NCBI RefSeq assembly: GCF_038095605.1
Contig: NZ_CP144380.1
DNA: 64,000 bases
Origin: Gaopeijia maritima
GTDB lineage: Bacteria > Gemmatimonadota > Gemmatimonadetes > Longimicrobiales > Gaopeijiaceae
Strand: one strand, 5' to 3'
The notes beneath the pieces were generated by a model. That model ran no database searches. It worked only from the letters and a program-made list of their open reading frames with translations, and was not told where the DNA came from. The translations under genes and the position numbers were made by a program. Shown piece after piece: positions 10,634 to 20,889 of this stretch. Numbering within the stretch: the first letter of the stretch is position 1; every line of letters begins with the position of its first letter.

Positions 10634-11613
10634 ACCAGCAGCGAATCACCCGTCACCTCTCCGAGCTCGCCCGCGTGGCCGAGGCCACCGCCACCCACCT
10701 CTCCGACGAGGTGGCGGCGGTGGCCGACCTCACCCTCCGCACGCTGCGGAGGGGCGGCACCCTCTACTTCTGCGGCAACGGGGGCTCGGCCGCCGACAGC
10801 CAGCACCTGGCGGCGGAGTACGTGGTGAGGTTCGCCCGCGACCGCCGTGCGCTCCCCGCCCTCGCCCTGACCGTCGACACCTCGGCGCTCACGGCGGCGG
10901 CCAACGATTTCGGCTTCGACGAAATCTTCGCCCGCCAGGTGGCGGCCCTCGGTCGGCCTGGAGATCTGCTCTTTCTGCACTCCACCAGCGGGCGTTCGGC
11001 CAACCTGTTGCGGGCGGCCGAGGTGGCGCGGCAGGCCGGGCTGCAGACCGTGGCACTGCTCGCGCGCGACGGCGGTCCGCTGAAGGAACGCGTGGATGTG
11101 GCGCTGGTGGTGCCCACCGAGGTGACGGCGCATGCCCAGGAGATCCACATCGCGCTGGGGCACGCCATCTGCGATCTCGTCGACGAGGCCTGGAGCACCC
11201 CGGCGCCCGATCCGGCCATGGTGGCGGCTCTGGAGTCGCTGCGTCGCATGGAGAAGGCGCAGACGCTGTGGTACCGGGCACTCGCGTCGCGCGCGGAGGA
11301 CGAAGACGACGCGGTGCTGTCGGAGCGTTTCAATGGACTCCACGCCGACGAGCAGCACCATCTGTCGAGAATCACCGCGCGCCTGCTCGAACTCGAGGTC
11401 GAGACCGCGGAGCTGAGGAGCGTGGCGGCACCCCCGCTGCCCGGCGACGACTGGGCCCCGGCGGTGCGCGAGCGGGAACAGGCCGAGGTGGCCGCGTACG
11501 AGGCCGCGCTCGAGGGGCCGCTCGACGCGGAGACCCGCGCGGTACTGGTCGAGATCCTGGAGTCGGAGCGGCACCATCTGGCGCAGCTCGGCGGCAAGTG
11601 GATGCCGGCGTGA
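10630..11613 (+). CDS. SIS-domain sedoheptulose-7-phosphate isomerase (GmhA/DiaA-like) fused to a C-terminal helical ExxH-repeat (ferritin-like?) domain
   Basis: Residues 1-195 align along their length with GmhA (FCGNGGSAADSQH…NDFGFDEIFARQV…STSGRSANL…HAQEIHI); an extra ~130-aa C-terminal region carries two E-x-HH motifs. Confidence 0.7.
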   Translation: MNQQRITRHLSELARVAEATATHLSDEVAAVADLTLRTLRRGGTLYFCGNGGSAADSQHLAAEYVVRFARDRRALPALALTVDTSALTAAANDFGFDEIFARQVAALGRPGDLLFLHSTSGRSANLLRAAEVARQAGLQTVALLARDGGPLKERVDVALVVPTEVTAHAQEIHIALGHAICDLVDEAWSTPAPDPAMVAALESLRRMEKAQTLWYRALASRAEDEDDAVLSERFNGLHADEQHHLSRITARLLELEVETAELRSVAAPPLPGDDWAPAVREREQAEVAAYEAALEGPLDAETRAVLVEILESERHHLAQLGGKWMPA

Positions 11614-12377
11614 GCGGGCCGCTGATCGATCTGTCGGGCAAGGCCGCGCTCGTGACGGGTGGGTCGCGCGGTGTGGGGCGGGCGACCGCCCTCCTGCTCG
11701 CCCGGGCCGGGGCCGATGTGGGCATCGCCTACCACTCCGCGCACGACCGCGCACGGACGGTGGTGGCCGAGATCGAAGCGCTGGGGGTGCGCGCCTTCGC
11801 CCGCGCCGGCGACCTCGCCGAGCGGGAGGCGGTGGAGGCCTTCGTGGACGAAGGGGTGGAGCGGTTCGGGGGCGTGGACATCGTCGTGGGCAATCACGGA
11901 ATCTGGCCGGTGGACGACGTGCCGCTGGCCGCGATGGACGACGCCCGCTGGCGGCGTACGATGGCGGTCAACGTCGATTCCATCTTCCACCTGTGCCGCG
12001 CCGCCGCCCGCCACATCCGCGACGACGGGCGCATCGTGCTCGTGTCGTCCACGGCCGGGCAGAGGGGCGAGGCCTTTCACGGCGACTACGCCGCGTCGAA
12101 GGGGGCGATGATCTCGCTCGTGAAGGGCTTCTGCGTCGAACTCGCGCCCCGGGGCGTGACGGTCAACTCGGTGGCCCCCGGCTGGATCGACACCGAGATG
12201 GCCCATCCGGCCTTCGAGGGCGGCGAGCGGGAGCGCATCGCGGCCGGCATCCCCCTCGGCCGCATCGCGACGGCCGACGACGTGGCCGGCCCGATCCTCT
12301 TCCTCTGTTCCGAGCTGGGCCGCCATCTGACCGGCGAGATCCTGAACGTGAACGGCGGCGCGGTGCTCGTGGGGTGA
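11610..12377 (+). CDS. SDR-family oxidoreductase (3-oxoacyl-ACP reductase FabG-like)
   Basis: GTG start overlapping the upstream stop; TGGSRGVG Rossmann motif, NHG, and YxxxK catalytic motif (YAASKGA). Confidence 0.8.
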   Translation: MSGPLIDLSGKAALVTGGSRGVGRATALLLARAGADVGIAYHSAHDRARTVVAEIEALGVRAFARAGDLAEREAVEAFVDEGVERFGGVDIVVGNHGIWPVDDVPLAAMDDARWRRTMAVNVDSIFHLCRAAARHIRDDGRIVLVSSTAGQRGEAFHGDYAASKGAMISLVKGFCVELAPRGVTVNSVAPGWIDTEMAHPAFEGGERERIAAGIPLGRIATADDVAGPILFLCSELGRHLTGEILNVNGGAVLVG

Positions 12378-13702
12378 AGCTCGACACGCCCGACGAGGTG
12401 CGCTGGATCGCGCGAACCCTCGAGGAGGCCGGCTACGACACCTGGGCCGTGGGCGGCGCCGTGCGCGACGGTCTGCGCGGGGCGCGCACCGCAGACTGGG
12501 ACTTCGCCACGCTCGCACGCCCCAATCAGGTGCGGCGCCTCTTCCGCAAGACGGTGCCCCTCGGGATCGATCACGGCACGGTGGGCGTGCTCGATCGCAA
12601 GGGCGTGATGCACGAGGTCACGACCTTCCGGAAGGACGTCGACACCGACGGACGCCACGCGGTGATCTCCTTCGCCGATCGGATCGAGGACGACCTCGCC
12701 CGGCGGGACTTCACGATCAACGCCCTCGCCTGGCACCCCCTGCGGGAGGTGCTGCTCGATCCGTACGACGGCCGCGGCGATCTGGAGGCGGGGGTGCTGC
12801 GCACCGTGGGGGTTCCCGAGGAGCGGTTCGCCGAGGACTACCTCCGGGTACTGAGGGCGCTCCGCTTCGCCGGCCGCTTCGATCTGCGGATCCACCCCGA
12901 CACCTGGGCGGCACTCGTCGCCTCCGCCCCCGAGCTGGTGCGGCTCTCCCCGGAGCGCATTCGCGAGGAGCTGGTGAAGGTGCTGGGGGGTACCGCGCCG
13001 CCCTCCCGGGCTCTCGCCCTGTACCGAGCCAGCGGGGCGACGGAGGTCGTGTACCCCGAGCTGCACGCCCTCGACGACGCGCTGTGGGAGCGAACGCTCG
13101 CGGTGGTCGATGCGCTTTCTCCCGCTTCGGAGTGGCTCCGGATGGCGGCGCTGCTGGCGCCCGTCGGGCATCCCGATCCGCGCGCCGACGAGCCCTCGCC
13201 CGACGACGTTCGGGGACTGCGGGCCGCCGACCCGATCGCCGCGCGGGCGGTGGTGCGGGCGATGGCGGTGCTGTCCCGGCTGCGGGTGTCGAACCGTCAG
13301 CTCGACCAGGTGTCGGGGTGGGTGGCGGAGGGTCTCGAGCCGCCCGTGCTCGAGACCGGCGCGGAGCGGCGGCGCTGGCTCGCCCGCGTCGGACCCGAGC
13401 GGCTCGACGGCTACCTGAGACTGTGGCAGGCCCGGCACCGCGTCGACCCGTCGCTCGCCGACCCCGCGCCGCTGGCTCGGGCGCTGCGGGAGGAGGTGGC
13501 CGCCGGACCGCCGCTGAAGGTGGGTGACCTCGCGGTCACCGGGCGCGATCTCATCGCTCTCGGACACCGGCCCGGACCGTGGTTCGGTGAGGTGCTCGAG
13601 GGGCTGCTCGAACTCGTGCTCGACGATCCGGCGCGCAACGAGCGCGACGAGCTGATGCCGATCCTGACGGAGCGGGCCGCGCGGGCGGCCGGTTCGGCCT
13701 GA
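12374..13702 (+). CDS. CCA-adding tRNA nucleotidyltransferase / poly(A) polymerase family protein
   Basis: PolyA_pol head domain motifs (GGAVRD, RRDFTINALA), central body domain and a C-terminal HD-like extension. Confidence 0.75.
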   Translation: MKLDTPDEVRWIARTLEEAGYDTWAVGGAVRDGLRGARTADWDFATLARPNQVRRLFRKTVPLGIDHGTVGVLDRKGVMHEVTTFRKDVDTDGRHAVISFADRIEDDLARRDFTINALAWHPLREVLLDPYDGRGDLEAGVLRTVGVPEERFAEDYLRVLRALRFAGRFDLRIHPDTWAALVASAPELVRLSPERIREELVKVLGGTAPPSRALALYRASGATEVVYPELHALDDALWERTLAVVDALSPASEWLRMAALLAPVGHPDPRADEPSPDDVRGLRAADPIAARAVVRAMAVLSRLRVSNRQLDQVSGWVAEGLEPPVLETGAERRRWLARVGPERLDGYLRLWQARHRVDPSLADPAPLARALREEVAAGPPLKVGDLAVTGRDLIALGHRPGPWFGEVLEGLLELVLDDPARNERDELMPILTERAARAAGSA

Positions 13703-15069
13703 TGGCCACCGACGATCTCTTCGGCGCCGCCGACGAGGCGGAGGAGTCGACACGGGGGCCCCGGGCTCCTCGACCGGGTGCGCCGCTGGCGGCGCGCATG
13801 CGTCCCCGCTCGCTCGACGAGTTCCGGGGCCAGACGCACCTGCTCGGCGAGGGCAAGGCGCTGCGCACCATGCTGGAGCGGGGCAGCCCGAGCAGCATGA
13901 TCCTCTGGGGCCCGCCGGGGTCGGGAAAGACCACCCTCGCCCGGCTCATCGCCGCCGAGTCGAACACCACCTTCGTGCCGTTCAGCGCGGTGACCGAGGG
14001 CATCGGCCGGGTGCGCGAGATCATCGGGGAGGCGGCGATGCGCCTCGAGGCCACGGGCCGCCGCACGATTCTCTTCTGTGACGAGATCCACCGCTTCAAC
14101 AAGGCGCAGCAGGACGCCTTCCTCCCGCATGTGGAGGCGGGCACGGTCACCCTGATCGGCGCCACGACCGAGAACCCGAGCTTCGAGATCGTGCGTCCGC
14201 TCCTGTCGCGCGCGCCCGTGTTCGTTCTCGAGGCCCTGGGGGGCGACGACGTGGCGGCGATTCTCCACGCCGCGCTCGACGATCGCGACCGCGGGCTGGG
14301 CACGATGGAGCTGGAGGTGGACGACGGCGTCGTGGAGGGGCTGGCCGAGGAGTCGGACGGCGACGCCCGCCGGGCACTCGGTGCGCTGGAGGCCGCCGCT
14401 CGCCTGGCGGGGCCGGGAGGCCGGATCACGCGAGAGGTCGCGGCAGAGGCCCTCCAGCACCGGTTCGCCGTTTACGACAAGGGGGGCGAGGAGCACTTCA
14501 ACGTGATCTCCGCCCTGCACAAGGCGGTGCGGGGGAGCGACGCCGACGGCGCCCTCTACTGGCTCGCGCGCATGATCGAGGGCGGCGAAGATCCGCTCTA
14601 CATCGCCCGTCGTCTCGTGCGCATGGCATCCGAAGACATCGGCCTCGCCGATCCGGAGGCGCTCGAGGTGACCCTCGCCGCCCGCGACGCCTTCCACTTT
14701 CTCGGGCCGCCCGAGGGAGAGCTCGCCCTGGCCGAGGCCACCGTCTACCTGGCGCTGGCCCCCAAGTCGAACCGGGTCTACACCGCCTGGAAGGAGGCGC
14801 GCACCGCCGCTCGGGAGTCCCCGGGAGAAGGCGTGCCCCTTCACATCCGCAACGCTCCCACCCGGCTGATGAAGGACCTCGGCTACGGAAGCGGGTATCA
14901 GTACGACCCCGACACCAGTTCCGGGGTGTCGGGGCAGAGCTATCTTCCGGATCGACTGGCCGGTCGCCGCTTCTACACGCCGGGCCGCTTCGGCTACGAG
15001 AAGACGCTGGCCGAGCGCATCGCCTGGTTCGACGCCCGTCGGCAGGAAGCGCGCGACGCCTCGTCCTGA
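13702..15069 (+). CDS. rarA: replication-associated recombination protein A (AAA ATPase)
   Basis: Walker A GPPGSGKTT, Walker B FCDEIHRFNK and MgsA C-terminal helical domains. Confidence 0.9.
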   Translation: MATDDLFGAADEAEESTRGPRAPRPGAPLAARMRPRSLDEFRGQTHLLGEGKALRTMLERGSPSSMILWGPPGSGKTTLARLIAAESNTTFVPFSAVTEGIGRVREIIGEAAMRLEATGRRTILFCDEIHRFNKAQQDAFLPHVEAGTVTLIGATTENPSFEIVRPLLSRAPVFVLEALGGDDVAAILHAALDDRDRGLGTMELEVDDGVVEGLAEESDGDARRALGALEAAARLAGPGGRITREVAAEALQHRFAVYDKGGEEHFNVISALHKAVRGSDADGALYWLARMIEGGEDPLYIARRLVRMASEDIGLADPEALEVTLAARDAFHFLGPPEGELALAEATVYLALAPKSNRVYTAWKEARTAARESPGEGVPLHIRNAPTRLMKDLGYGSGYQYDPDTSSGVSGQSYLPDRLAGRRFYTPGRFGYEKTLAERIAWFDARRQEARDASS

Positions 15070-15162
15070 CCGGGCCTCCCCGCGAGTCGCACCCTCCAAC
15101 CCCGCACGCCGATTCCCACTCAGCTCATCGACAACCACCGCCCCGTCGACCGGGCGGTTCTG

Positions 15163-16419
15163 GTGTCCGCACCACCCCGCGAGCTGGACCCGCGCATCGC
15201 CGAGGAGCACCTCGAAGAGCTCGCGCGCCTCACCGACACGGCCGGCGGCCAGGTCACGGCCGTCGTGCGCCAGCGCCTCGACTCCCCTTCGCCCAAGACC
15301 TTCATCGGACAGGGCAAGGCGGAGGAGCTGAAGCAGGTGGTGGAGTCGAGCGGCGCCGATCTGGTGATCTTCGACGAAGAACTCTCGCCCGCGCAGGGCA
15401 AGAATCTCGAGCAGGTGACGGGGGTGCGGGTGATGGATCGACCCGAGTTGATCCTCGACATCTTCGCCACGCGGGCGCGGTCGAAGGAGGCGCGCATGCA
15501 GGTGGAGCTCGCCCAGCTCGAGTACCTGCTGCCTCGGCTCAAGCGCATGTGGAGCCACCTGTCGCGTACGCGAGGGGGCATTGGACTCCGGGGTCCAGGA
15601 GAGACCCAGCTCGAGACCGATCGGCGGCTGATCGGCACCCGCATCGCCGACCTCCGGAAGAAGCTGCGCGACGTGGCACGGGCCCGCGAGATCCAGCGGC
15701 AGTCGAGGCAGGGCGAGTTTCGGGCTGCGCTGGTGGGGTACACGAACGCCGGGAAGTCGTCGCTGCTCCGCGCGCTCTCGGGCTCCGAGGTGTTCGTGGA
15801 GGACCGGCTCTTCGCCACCCTCGACTCGACCACCCGCACCGTCGAGCTCGGCGACGGCTATGACATGCTGGTGACCGACACCGTCGGTTTCATCCGCAAG
15901 CTGCCCCACCACCTCGTGGCGTCGTTCCGCTCCACCCTGGAGGAGGCCCGGGAAGCCGACGTGCTGCTGCACGTGATCGACTCGTCGCATCCCGACCGCG
16001 AGGAGCAGGAGGAGGTCGTGGCCGAGGTGCTCGCCGACCTCGAGCTCGACGACCGCCCCCAGGTGCTGGTCTACAACAAGATCGACCGGCTCACGCACGC
16101 CGAGGAGTCGGCAATCAAGGACCGGATCCGCGCCTTCTCTTCGCGCCCCGCCGTGTTCGTGTCGGCGCATCAGCCGGAGACGCTGGGGCGGCTGAGGGAC
16201 GCGCTCAAGGCTCGGATGCGCGCGCGATTGCACAAGGTTCGGATCGAGTTGCCCGCCCGCGACGGCGAGGCGCTCGCGCTGCTCTACCGCCAGGGCGAGG
16301 TGATCGAACGCGACGACCGCGGTGCCACCATCGAGGTGGTGGTGCGGGTGCCCGACGCCCTCCTCGGTCGGCTGCGGCAGCGGCCCGGGCTGGTGCTGGT
16401 GGAGGGCGGCGAGGAGTGA
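15163..16419 (+). CDS. hflX: GTPase HflX
   Basis: HflX N-domain followed by G-domain motifs (GYTNAGKSSL, DTVGF, NKID). Confidence 0.9.
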   Translation: MSAPPRELDPRIAEEHLEELARLTDTAGGQVTAVVRQRLDSPSPKTFIGQGKAEELKQVVESSGADLVIFDEELSPAQGKNLEQVTGVRVMDRPELILDIFATRARSKEARMQVELAQLEYLLPRLKRMWSHLSRTRGGIGLRGPGETQLETDRRLIGTRIADLRKKLRDVARAREIQRQSRQGEFRAALVGYTNAGKSSLLRALSGSEVFVEDRLFATLDSTTRTVELGDGYDMLVTDTVGFIRKLPHHLVASFRSTLEEAREADVLLHVIDSSHPDREEQEEVVAEVLADLELDDRPQVLVYNKIDRLTHAEESAIKDRIRAFSSRPAVFVSAHQPETLGRLRDALKARMRARLHKVRIELPARDGEALALLYRQGEVIERDDRGATIEVVVRVPDALLGRLRQRPGLVLVEGGEE

Positions 16420-17309
16420 TCGAGCGGGTGATGGTGATCGGGCCGGGACGGGTGGGGCTCGCGCTCGGTCACGCGCTGTCGCAGGCGGATGCGGTACGGC
16501 ACCTGGTGTATTGCGGTCGCCGGCCCGAGCCCCCCTCGCACCCGCTCTTCGTGCAGGGAGTGGCCGAGTACCACTTCGGACTCATGGCGCCCCCGCTCGG
16601 CACGGAGGCGGTGCTGCTCACGCTCCCGGACCGGGTGCTCCCCGAAATGGCGCACGCCCTGGCGGGGCAGGGGCGCCCGGCGCCCGACACGGTCGTGATG
16701 CACACCTCGGGCTCCCTCAACACCGATGTGCTGGCCCCGCTGCACGCGGCGGGCTACGCCGTGGGCTCGATCCATCCTCTCCAGACGATCAGCCATCCGG
16801 TCACCGGGGCCGAGCGGCTGAGGGGCGCGCACTTCGCCGTGACCGGTGAGGCCCCCGCCCGGCGGTGGGGGCGGACCCTCGCCCGCGAGCTCGACGGCCG
16901 GGTGCTCGAGGTGCCGGTGGCGCGCCGTCCGCTCTATCACGCGGCGGCGGTGCTGGCCTCCAACGGGGTGTCGGCGCTGCTGACGCTCGCGGCCGAGATC
17001 ATGATGCGGTCGGGGGTGGAGCCCGACGAGGTACCCGAGGCGATCGCAGCGCTGGCGCGGGCCTCGCTCGACGACGGCTTCGGCGATCACCTGAACCCGG
17101 GCTTCACCGGTCCGGCCCTGCGCGGCGAGGCCGAGGCGGTGGGGTTGCACCTGCGGGCTCTGGAGGGAGACGCCCGCGAGGTCTATCGTGCCTTGAGTGG
17201 GGTGCTCGCCGATCTGGCCGAGCGCCGAGGACTTCCGCAGGAGCGGGCCGATGCGATCCGCTCGCTGCTGCACCCCCCGCGGGGGGGATCGCCGGAGGAG
17301 GCGACGTGA
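16416..17309 (+). CDS. Rossmann-fold NAD(P)-binding protein (DUF2520 / ProC-like putative oxidoreductase)
   Basis: N-terminal VIGPGRVG dinucleotide-binding motif; C-terminal domain of the DUF2520 type; overlaps hflX stop and pdxJ start. Confidence 0.6.
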   Translation: MIERVMVIGPGRVGLALGHALSQADAVRHLVYCGRRPEPPSHPLFVQGVAEYHFGLMAPPLGTEAVLLTLPDRVLPEMAHALAGQGRPAPDTVVMHTSGSLNTDVLAPLHAAGYAVGSIHPLQTISHPVTGAERLRGAHFAVTGEAPARRWGRTLARELDGRVLEVPVARRPLYHAAAVLASNGVSALLTLAAEIMMRSGVEPDEVPEAIAALARASLDDGFGDHLNPGFTGPALRGEAEAVGLHLRALEGDAREVYRALSGVLADLAERRGLPQERADAIRSLLHPPRGGSPEEAT

Positions 17310-18040
17310 GGCTGTTCATCAACATCGATCATGTGGCCACCGTGCGTGAAGCGCGCAGGACCGACGAGCCGGATCCGGTGCGCGCCGCGGTGCTCGCCGA
17401 GCTGGGCGGTGCCGACGGCATCACGGTGCACCTGCGCGAGGACCGCCGCCACATTCAGGATCGCGACGTGCGACTGCTCGCCGAGACGATCCGCACCCCG
17501 ATGAACCTCGAGCTGGCCGCCATCGACGAGATCGTCGAGATCGCCTGCGAGTTGCGGCCCCATCAGGCCACCCTCGTGCCCGAGCGGCGCGAAGAGGTGA
17601 CCACCGAGGGCGGGCTCGATCTGTCGGGGGCGGCGGCGCTGGAACGGCTGCGTCCGGTGGTGGATCGACTCCGCGCGGAAGGGGTGCGCACCTCGCTCTT
17701 CATCGACCCGGAGGAGCGCGCCATCGAGGCCTCGGCCGCACTCGGCGTCGAGGCGGTCGAGTTGCACACCGGCGAGTTCGCGCACGCCCGAGGCTCGGCG
17801 GCGGTCGAACAGGTGGAGCGGCTGCGCCGGGCGGCGGTGGCCGGTCGGGCCCACGGGCTCGACGTGCACGCCGGCCACGGGCTCACCTACGAGAACGTGC
17901 ACCCGGTGGCCGCGATCGCCGAACTCGAGGAGCTCAACATCGGGCACAGCGTGGTGTCGCGCGCCGTGCTCGTGGGCATGGAGCGGGCCGTGGCCGAGAT
18001 GGCGGCGATCGTGCGACGCGCCCGGGGTCGCGCCCCGTGA
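17306..18040 (+). CDS. pdxJ: pyridoxine 5'-phosphate synthase
   Basis: Signature [10 protein letters not shown] and conserved TIM-barrel PdxJ residues throughout. Confidence 0.9.
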   Translation: MRLFINIDHVATVREARRTDEPDPVRAAVLAELGGADGITVHLREDRRHIQDRDVRLLAETIRTPMNLELAAIDEIVEIACELRPHQATLVPERREEVTTEGGLDLSGAAALERLRPVVDRLRAEGVRTSLFIDPEERAIEASAALGVEAVELHTGEFAHARGSAAVEQVERLRRAAVAGRAHGLDVHAGHGLTYENVHPVAAIAELEELNIGHSVVSRAVLVGMERAVAEMAAIVRRARGRAP

Positions 18041-19095
18041 ACTGGAAAACCCTTCTGGGGTTCGGGCTGTCGGGCTTCCTGATCTGGTTCACCCTCCGGG
18101 GCACCGATCCGATGGAGGTCTGGACCCACATTCGCGGCGCCGATTTCCTGCTGCTCGCGGCATCGGTCGCGGTGGCGACGATCGGTTTCTTCTGGCGGGC
18201 CCTGCGGTGGAAGGTGCTGCTCCACCCGATCGCGCCCGACACGCGGCTCCGCGATCGCTGGGCGGCGGTGAACATCGGCTTCATGGCCAACAACCTGCTC
18301 CCGGCGCGCGTGGGTGAGTTCGCGCGGGCCTACAGCTTCGCGCGGCTCGACCCGCGGGTGAGCATGAGTGCGGCCTTCGGGTCGCTGGTGATGGAGCGGG
18401 TGCTCGACGCTCTGGTCCTCGCCGTCTTCCTCGTGGGCGCGGTGATGATGCCGTCGTTTCCGGAGGTGGAGCTCGGGCCGCGGTTCACCGCGCTGCTTCA
18501 GAGCGCGGTGGTGCTGCTCGCCGGGGTCGGGTTCGTGCTGGTTCTGCTCCTCGCGTTTCCCACCACGGTGGTGCGTATCGGCGAATCGCTCGCCCGCCGC
18601 TTCCTGCCCGAGGCGGCCGCGCTGCGGGTGATCGAGGCGCTGGAGTCGTTTCTGCAGGCGCTGGGTGTGGCGCGCGATCCGGTGCTGCTGACCAAGGCCC
18701 TCGCCTGGTCGTTCTTCTTCTGGTTCTGGCACGGGCTGTCGTTCTGGATCGGGATGGAGGCCTTCGGCATCGAGGCCGGCGCGGTGGCCGCCTTCTTCAC
18801 CGAGGCCGTGGTGGGCTTCGGCGTGGCGCTGCCCGCCGCCCCCGGCTTCTTCGGCACCTTCCACGCCTCGGCCGCCTTCGCGCTCGACACCGTGTACGGA
18901 GCCGGCGAGATCGCCACCCTGGCCTTCGCCTACGGCTACCACCTGGGCGGCTTCATTCCGGTCACCCTGATCGGCCTCTGGTACGCCAACCAGCTGGGGC
19001 TGTCGCTCGGCGACGTGCGCGAGAGCGAAGCGAAGGTGGAGGCCGCCGTCGACGCCGAGCTGATCGACCCGGCCGATCGCCCTCTCGACGCGTGA
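18037..19095 (+). CDS. lysylphosphatidylglycerol-synthase-like transmembrane protein (UPF0104 / flippase-like)
   Basis: 8 predicted TM segments; conserved motif [15 protein letters not shown] typical of the UPF0104 family. Confidence 0.65.
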   Translation: MNWKTLLGFGLSGFLIWFTLRGTDPMEVWTHIRGADFLLLAASVAVATIGFFWRALRWKVLLHPIAPDTRLRDRWAAVNIGFMANNLLPARVGEFARAYSFARLDPRVSMSAAFGSLVMERVLDALVLAVFLVGAVMMPSFPEVELGPRFTALLQSAVVLLAGVGFVLVLLLAFPTTVVRIGESLARRFLPEAAALRVIEALESFLQALGVARDPVLLTKALAWSFFFWFWHGLSFWIGMEAFGIEAGAVAAFFTEAVVGFGVALPAAPGFFGTFHASAAFALDTVYGAGEIATLAFAYGYHLGGFIPVTLIGLWYANQLGLSLGDVRESEAKVEAAVDAELIDPADRPLDA

Positions 19096-19105
19096 GGGCG
19101 TCGCG

Positions 19106-20029
19106 ATGAGCGGTCCCGCGATCGGATCTCGCCTGAGGGTGCGGGCTCCGGCGAAAGTGAATCTCACCCTCAGGATTCTCGAGCGACTCCCGAGCGGTTT
19201 CCACGCCCTCGAGACCCTCTTCCAGGCGATCGACCTCTGCGACTCCCTGGAGGTGGAGGTGCGCCGCGAGTCCGGCGTGGCGCTCGAGGTCGTCGGGGCC
19301 GACGTCGGTCCGGCCGACGACAACCTGGTCGTGCGCGCGGCCCGGGCCTGGCTCGCCGAGACGTGCGTGGAGTGGGGTCTCGCCGTGCGACTCACGAAGG
19401 CGATCCCCGCGGGGGCGGGTCTCGGGGGCGGGTCGTCGGACGCCGGCGCGATGCTGCGCGTGCTCGATTACTGGATGCCCGGAGCGGTGGCTGAGGAGCG
19501 GCGCCTCGCGATCGGGGCGGAGCTCGGCTCCGATGTGCCCTTCTTCACCGGGAAGGGCGGACTCGTGCTCGGACGGGGCAGGGGAGAGCGCATGACGCCG
19601 CTGGCTCCGCTGCCCCCGGCCTGGCTGGTGGTGGGGATGCCGCGGGTGCACGTGGCCACCGGGCCCGCGTACGGACGTCTCGCGCGTGGGCGGGCCGAGA
19701 GCGGGGGGGCGGTTCCCCCGCCGCTGTTCGACGGTGAGAGCGCCGTGCCCCGCAGCTGGCCCGAGGTGGCGAGCTTGGCCCTCAACGACTTCGAGCCCGT
19801 GGTGGCCGGGGCGCACCCCCCGATCGCCACGGCGCTGGCCGCGATCAGGGCGCAGCACCCCGCCTTCGCGCTCCTGTCCGGGAGCGGGGCGGCCGTCTTC
19901 GGCCTCTTCACCGATGCCGACGCTGCGGAGCGGGCCGTCGGGGAGGCCCGGGCGGCCTGCCCGGAGTCGCGCTTCGAGCTCGCGCGCACCCTCGACCGCC
20001 TTCCCGCCGTCGAGCCCGCCGGGCCGTGA
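19106..20029 (+). CDS. ispE: 4-diphosphocytidyl-2-C-methyl-D-erythritol kinase
   Basis: GHMP kinase motifs (APAKVNL…, PAGAGLGGGSSDA). Confidence 0.85.
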   Translation: MSGPAIGSRLRVRAPAKVNLTLRILERLPSGFHALETLFQAIDLCDSLEVEVRRESGVALEVVGADVGPADDNLVVRAARAWLAETCVEWGLAVRLTKAIPAGAGLGGGSSDAGAMLRVLDYWMPGAVAEERRLAIGAELGSDVPFFTGKGGLVLGRGRGERMTPLAPLPPAWLVVGMPRVHVATGPAYGRLARGRAESGGAVPPPLFDGESAVPRSWPEVASLALNDFEPVVAGAHPPIATALAAIRAQHPAFALLSGSGAAVFGLFTDADAAERAVGEARAACPESRFELARTLDRLPAVEPAGP

Positions 20030-20085
20030 CACCCCCGGGGAGCCCCACTAGCTTCCGGTAGCCGGACGCCTTCGCGCGCCCGCAC

Positions 20086-20156
20086 TGGCCCGTCGTCTAA
20101 TGGCAGGACACCGGTCTTTGGAACCGGCGGTGGTGGTTCGAATCCACCCGGGCCAA
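20086..20156 (+). tRNA. tRNA-Gln (anticodon UUG)
   Basis: Cloverleaf folded by hand: acceptor UGGCCCG/CGGGCCA with U1:A72, D-stem GUCU/GGAC, anticodon stem CCGGU/ACCGG with loop CUUUGGA, T-arm GGUGG-UUCGAAU-CCACC; CCA not encoded. Confidence 0.8.
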
Positions 20157-20220
20157 TTTTTCCGGCACCCGCCGTCCGGCAACTCGAGAGCTCGACCGAG
20201 CCCCCGGACTCCACGTGGAG

Positions 20221-20763
20221 TCAGCCCCTCGACTGTTCCTTCCGGGTGAACGAGAAGCGGGTGAGCAGCACGGGGGCCCGCTCGTCGAGGCGGTAGACCC
20301 GCTCCTCGAAGGAGTCGCGACCGGTCATCTGGAGCTCCCAGCGGCGCCAGCCCGCGCGCCCGTCGGCCCGGCGGTCCATGTACTGCGCGGAGTAGAGGCC
20401 GGATCGGGCGTCGAGTACGACATCCACTTCTTCGGTGGGACTCCCTCCGTCGGTCCAGATCGCCCGGAAGCGTTCGGGGCCGGTCCGGTGATACAGGGTG
20501 ATCACTTCGAAGGAGCGCCCGTCTTCCGCGCTGGCGGTCAGCCGCGCCGAAATGGCGTTTTCACCGAGCTCGCGCGTCCAGACCCGATGGAGCCGCAACT
20601 CTCCACCGTCGAGGACGCCGACCCCGCGCCATTCCCCCATCAGCCCGCCGAAGGGCGGACTGGACGCGCCGCGCGCCCCACCGGGAAGAAAAGCGATGAT
20701 GAGCGGGCCCAGAATCAGCAGTGCCCGAACGAGGGGCACGATGCTCGACGAGTCCGGTTCCAT
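20221..20763 (-). CDS. hypothetical secreted/membrane-anchored protein (180 aa)
   Basis: N-terminal hydrophobic signal anchor; no recognised domain. Confidence 0.45.
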   Translation of the reverse strand: MEPDSSSIVPLVRALLILGPLIIAFLPGGARGASSPPFGGLMGEWRGVGVLDGGELRLHRVWTRELGENAISARLTASAEDGRSFEVITLYHRTGPERFRAIWTDGGSPTEEVDVVLDARSGLYSAQYMDRRADGRAGWRRWELQMTGRDSFEERVYRLDERAPVLLTRFSFTRKEQSRG

Positions 20764-20889
20764 GGAGCTCTGTCCGTCGAAATGATGCGCTGGAAGACCG
20801 CGGGCGAGGGTTGGTACCGTTGCGGGGGCTCACCAAGTTGGGGGTTATGGGGGGCACGCGCCATGGACGAATGGGTCGCACCTGGGCGA

